Made by a program: the position numbers and the translations under genes. The notes beneath the pieces were generated by a model. It was not told the origin of the DNA. It saw only the letters and a list, made by a program, of their open reading frames with translations, and searched no databases. From NCBI GenBank assembly GCA_943787795.1, contig CALSNU010000004.1, positions 128,001-192,000 on the forward strand: a stretch of 64,000 bases of DNA. The letters are read 5' to 3'. Within the stretch, counting starts at the first letter, position 1, and each line of letters begins with the position of its first letter. The stretch comes from an uncultured bacterium. GTDB lineage: Bacteria > Planctomycetota > UBA1135 > GCA-002686595. Shown here piece by piece: positions 59,803 to 64,000 of this stretch.

Positions 59803-62319
59803 GCCGTGCTCATCCCGCGCCCCGCGGACGCCGGACGCACCGCCGACGCCTCGCGCCTGCAGCTGATCCGCCATCTGCCTCACCCGGTCCTCCCAGGACT
59901 CCGAGGAGACGCGCTCCCGGACGCGCTCCGCCCAGAGGGGGAAGCCCAGCGGCGTGAGCGCTCCCGGCCGCTCGACGCAGATTCGCCGCTCCCGCAGCTT
60001 CTCCAGTCCTGCCCGCAGGCGGGAGAACTCCAGGGTGCGCTCCATGACCTCGCGGCGCGCTTGCTCGAGCAACAGGTTCCCCGGGTCGTGCTCGGTGAGG
60101 ACATCGAAGACGAGTCCTGCGGAGGCCTGGAGCTGCCGCTGGCCCTTCCGCGCGCCGGGCAGCCCTTGCTGAACCAGCCCGGCCACCCGCGCGATCTCGC
60201 GGAAGTGCCGCCGCGCGAGGCCCGAGCCATCGAGGCAAGCGAGCAGATCCTCCAGGAGCCCGTCGGGCGTGAGCAGCGCCGCCCACTCGTCGTCCTCCAC
60301 CGGAAGCTGGGTGCGCGTGACGAGCTCCAGTCCCCAGTCGTTCACCGACTGGGTCACGGTGACCTTCGCCGCGCGCGTCGCCCGCCACGCCAGGAGCGCG
60401 GCGAGCCCCTCGTGCACGAGGCGTCCCTCCAGCGGGAACAGGAAGGCGTGATCCCCATCCCGGGTCCGCACCCGCTCGATGAGCAGCTCGTCTGGCTCGG
60501 GGATGCGTGACACCGCGGCCTGGCGTGCGAAGAGCGGCGCCACTCCGTCCAGCTCAGGAGCCCCGGAGGACTCTCCTGTACTGAGGGTCTCCTTCACCGA
60601 CGACATGGCCCGGCGCACGGCCTGCGCCAGCTCGCTCGAGAGCGGCATGCGACCGCCGAACCACCGCGGCACCAGGGTCGCCGGGTTGGAGGCCACCTTC
60701 ACGATCGCCGCGGCGTCCTCGACCTTGACCAGCTCGAGGGAGCGCCCGGAGAAGGTGAACGCGTCCCCGGGGCGGAGGCGGGAGACGAAGACCTCCTCGA
60801 TGGTCCCCAGTCGACGGCCACCGCGGAACTTCACGTCGAGGCTGCCGTAGCCGACGATGGTGCCGATGTTGAGCCGGTGGTCGCGCGCGATCCGTCGGGA
60901 GGCGATGACCAGCTTGCCCCCTTTGCCCTCGACCACCCGGGCGAAGCGCTCGTACCCGGCGAGGGTCTCGCCCCCGAAGCGGGTGAAGTCGAGCGCCCAG
61001 GCCCACTCCTTGTCCGAGAGGTCCCGGAAGGCGCGCGTCGTTCGCACCTCCTGGAGGAGCTCTTCCGGATCGAAGCCGCCCCCCACGGCCACGGTCACGA
61101 TGTGCTGGGCGAGCACGTCGAGGGGACGCTGGAGGGCGGTCCGCGGCTCGGACTCACCTCGCTCAAGCGCCTCCCGGGCGGCGGCAAACTCGACCAGCTC
61201 GAGGGCGTGGGTCGGGACGCACAGGAGGCGGCTCCCCAGCCCCGGAGCGTGCCCCGAGCGGCCCGCGCGCTGGGCGAGGCGCGCGACCCCCTTGGGGCTG
61301 CCCACCTGCACCACGAGGTCCACCGGCGAGAAGTCCACGCCGAGGTCCAGGGAGGAGGTGGCCACGACGGCGCGATAGCGACCGTCGGCGAGCCCAGCCT
61401 CCACCTCGGCCCGCTGCTCCCGGTCGAGCGAGCCGTGGTGCAGGGCGATCCGGTCTCGCTCGTCATAGCGCGCGTAGCAGAGCCCCTGGTACCAGCGCTC
61501 CGCCTGGGCCCGAGTGTTCGTGAAGACCAGCGCCGTCTGTGCCGTGTCCAGGGCCGCGGCGACCTCGTCGAGCAGACGCAGCCCCATGTGCCCGGACCAC
61601 GGAAAGCACTCGATCTCACGGGGCACCACCGACCGCACCTCGAGCGTCCGGCGCCGGTCGCTCTCCACCAGCACGCCTCCGCCCAGACCAGGACCAGCGC
61701 CGAGAAGAGACTCCATCGCCTCCGGCAGGTTCCCGAGGGTCGCCGAGAGGCCCCAGGTGCGGAGGCCTGGTGCGAGGCGCCGGAGCCGCGCCAGCCCCAG
61801 CTCCGTCTGGACCCCTCGCTTGGTCCCGAAGAGCTCATGCCATTCGTCAACCACCACGCACTGCAGGTGGGCGAAGCGCTCCGCGGCGTCCTCCCGGCTC
61901 AGCAGCACCGACAAGGACTCCGGCGTGGTCACCAGCGCGGTCGGCAGGCGGCGCCCCTGGCGGCCTCGGTCCGTGCTGCTCGTGTCCCCTGTGCGCCCCT
62001 CCACCAACCACCCAGGCGCGACCTCCCCCGTCACCTCGCGGAGGTTCTTCACGAGGTCCTGGGCGAGGGCCCGCATGGGGGTGATCCACAGGACCGCCAG
62101 CGGCGGCGCGTCCGCCCTCCTTGCGGGGGCCGTGCTCGCGCCGCGCGCCCCCGCACCCTCGATCACGGGCCCGAGCCAGGCGGCCAGGGTCTTGCCGAAG
62201 CCGGTGGCCACGTGCACCAGCCCGCTCTCCCCCGCGAGGTAGCGGCGCCAGACCTCCCGCTGGAACGGGAACGGGGCCCAGCCGCGCCCCTCGAACCAGC
62301 GCTCCACGGGCTCGATCAC
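59800..62319 (-). CDS. Ligase-associated DNA damage response DEXH-box (Lhr-like) helicase
   Basis: ATGFGKT, VVDEWHEL, WGLSATLGN, HHGSL, SLDLGVDF, QRAGRSGH; no stop before the pdeM region as assembled, so the end is approximate. Confidence 0.9.
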
Positions 62320-63929
62320 GACGGCTCCCCCATCAGCGCCTGGACCGACTCCAGCGTGTCAGCCTCAGAGGCCGCCTTGTCTTCACGCCACCGGACGATG
62401 CGAGGGAAGCGGAGAGAGAGGCCGGCCTTGTGCCGCGTGCTGGGCTGGATCCCCTCGAAGGCGATCTCGAAGACGAGCTCCGGCTCGACCACGCGCACGG
62501 GTCCAAACCGGTCAATGATGTGGCGGCGGACGAAGGCGTCCACGCGCCGGATCTCCTTGTCCGTCAGCCCCGAATAGGCCTTCGCCACGGGGACGAGCTC
62601 CCCAGCGCTCCAGACCGCGAGGGTGTAGTCCGTGTAGAGCGAGGCGCGCCGGCCGTGCCCTCGCTGCGCGTAGACCAGCACCACGTCGAGGGTGAACGGA
62701 TCCACCTTCCACTTCCACCAGTCGCCCCGCGGGCGCCCGGCGCGGTATGGGGCGTCGAGGCGCTTGAGCATCAGCCCCTCCACGCCTCGCTCCCTCGCCG
62801 TCGCGCGGGCGTCCGCCAGGGCCGCCCAGGTGCTCGCCTCGACCACCTCTGCCACGACGATCCGCGGCAGCGAAGCTCGCCGCACGAGGGCCTCCAGCCG
62901 GCGCCGCCGCTCCGACGTGCCGAGCTGACGAAGATCCTCTCCACCCTCCTCCAGGAGGTCGTAGGCCATGAGACGAACAGGGACCTCCTCTCGGAGCTTC
63001 TTGCCCACCGACTTGCGCTGGATCCGCCGCTGCAGCTGGTGGAAACCCATGGGCCGGTCTCGGTCCCAGGCCAGCAGCTCGCCGTCGAGCACCGTCCCCG
63101 AGGGCAGCTCCCCGAGCTCTCCGACGATCTCGGGGAACCCACCGTTCACGAGGTCGCCCCCGCGCGACCACAGGACCGCCTCCGCGCCCCGGCGAACAGC
63201 CTGTGCGCGGATGCCGTCCCACTTCCACTCGGCCTGGAAGTCCGCTGCGGCGCCGAGGTCCTCGACCTCGGGTGGGACGGCGTGGGCCAGGAAGAAGGGA
63301 TAGGGCCGCAGGGGGTCACCCCCCTCGTCCTCCGACATGAGCGCCTCCCACGCCTCTGCCGTCGGCTCCCATCGCCCGGCTAGCCGGTGCATCATCGTGG
63401 CTCGGTCCACGCCCGCGACCTTCGCCAACGCCCGCGCCACGAGCCCGCCCGCCACACCGACACGGAAGCCGCCAGAGATGAGCTTGTGGAAGAGGAAGCG
63501 CTCGCCCGCGTCCAGCGCCCCCCATGTCCCCAGGACCAGCGTGCGCTGGGCCTCGGGCTCAAGCCCCGCGAGCCCGAAGACGCGCTGCTCGATGAACTCC
63601 CCCAGCCCCTCGACCTCGGCCTCCTCTGTACCGTTGCCGCTTCCGCGTCCGCCGCCGGGGACCAGCAGCGCGATCGTCTCGGCCAGGTCGCCCACCGCGT
63701 CGTAGCTCTCCTCCACCAGCCAGAGCGGGAGCCCGCTCTCCTCGGCGGCCCACTCTCGCAGGTGCCTCGTGTTGACGGTCCGCCGCCCCCGCCGCCCGAG
63801 CAACAGGTGCGCGGCCCACGCCGCGTCCGCCGCAGGAGCCGTCTCGAAGTACGCCACCAGCGCGGACTCCTTGCGCGACGTCCGTGAGGTGGCGTCGAGC
63901 TCGCGGTACAGCCCATGAAACCGCCTCAT
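62316..63929 (-). CDS. ATP-dependent DNA ligase
   Basis: EWKWDGIR adenylation motif, LDGEL, EGLMLK, WWKWK, LRFPRI. Confidence 0.95.
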   Translation of the reverse strand: MRRFHGLYRELDATSRTSRKESALVAYFETAPAADAAWAAHLLLGRRGRRTVNTRHLREWAAEESGLPLWLVEESYDAVGDLAETIALLVPGGGRGSGNGTEEAEVEGLGEFIEQRVFGLAGLEPEAQRTLVLGTWGALDAGERFLFHKLISGGFRVGVAGGLVARALAKVAGVDRATMMHRLAGRWEPTAEAWEALMSEDEGGDPLRPYPFFLAHAVPPEVEDLGAAADFQAEWKWDGIRAQAVRRGAEAVLWSRGGDLVNGGFPEIVGELGELPSGTVLDGELLAWDRDRPMGFHQLQRRIQRKSVGKKLREEVPVRLMAYDLLEEGGEDLRQLGTSERRRRLEALVRRASLPRIVVAEVVEASTWAALADARATARERGVEGLMLKRLDAPYRAGRPRGDWWKWKVDPFTLDVVLVYAQRGHGRRASLYTDYTLAVWSAGELVPVAKAYSGLTDKEIRRVDAFVRRHIIDRFGPVRVVEPELVFEIAFEGIQPSTRHKAGLSLRFPRIVRWREDKAASEADTLESVQALMGEPS

Positions 63930-64000
63930 GCCGGCCCCTCCGCAGGATCTTCGATCGGGTCTGCCGCCGCGTCTTCCATCGGGTCGTCTTCAGCGGTCCC
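63926..64000 (-). CDS. C-terminal tail of the upstream gene, probably the ligase-associated exonuclease
   Basis: Open frame GTAEDDPMEDAAADPIEDPAEGPA* with TGA overlapping the ligase ATG; identity inferred only from the usual operon order. Confidence 0.45.
   Translation of the reverse strand, partial: GTAEDDPMEDAAADPIEDPAEGPA

Overview
High-GC (roughly 70% by eye) bacterial chromosomal window. The lineage is most likely a marine planctomycete, inferred from the DUF1549/DUF1553 + DUF1501 gene pair, the MoxR/Bat operon and the Na+-NQR operon. Recognisable content: an SDR, trxB, a glpD-like gene, a ferredoxin, a complete moxR-DUF58-batA-E cluster, a lytic transglycosylase with a large HEAT-repeat protein, recG, two M28-family and two sulfatase-fold proteins, an ABC/metal-binding cluster, HIT, pyrC, nqrA-F with apbE and nqrM, monomeric icd, a NifA/AnfA-like sigma54 activator, and the 3' part of a ligase-associated DNA-damage operon (ATP-dependent ligase, Lhr-like helicase, PdeM). 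I saw no tRNA, rRNA, CRISPR array or transposase. The top candidate for an undescribed system lies at 49.86-51.95 kb: a near-consensus sigma54 promoter with two tandem CTAC-N6-GTAG enhancer palindromes sits divergent from the NifA-like activator and points into a ~400-nt hairpin-rich, AG-repeat region with no credible protein gene, i.e. a putative sigma54-dependent ncRNA. Also notable: a helicase-less DeaD C-terminal protein with a (G6YR)13 tail; a plant ICU11/OGFOD2-like 2OG oxygenase directly after recG; three catalytically degenerate enzyme homologues; pervasive short tandem duplications at gene ends; and several single-base homopolymer frameshifts that may be assembly errors. All family assignments come from motif recognition by eye, not from database searches.
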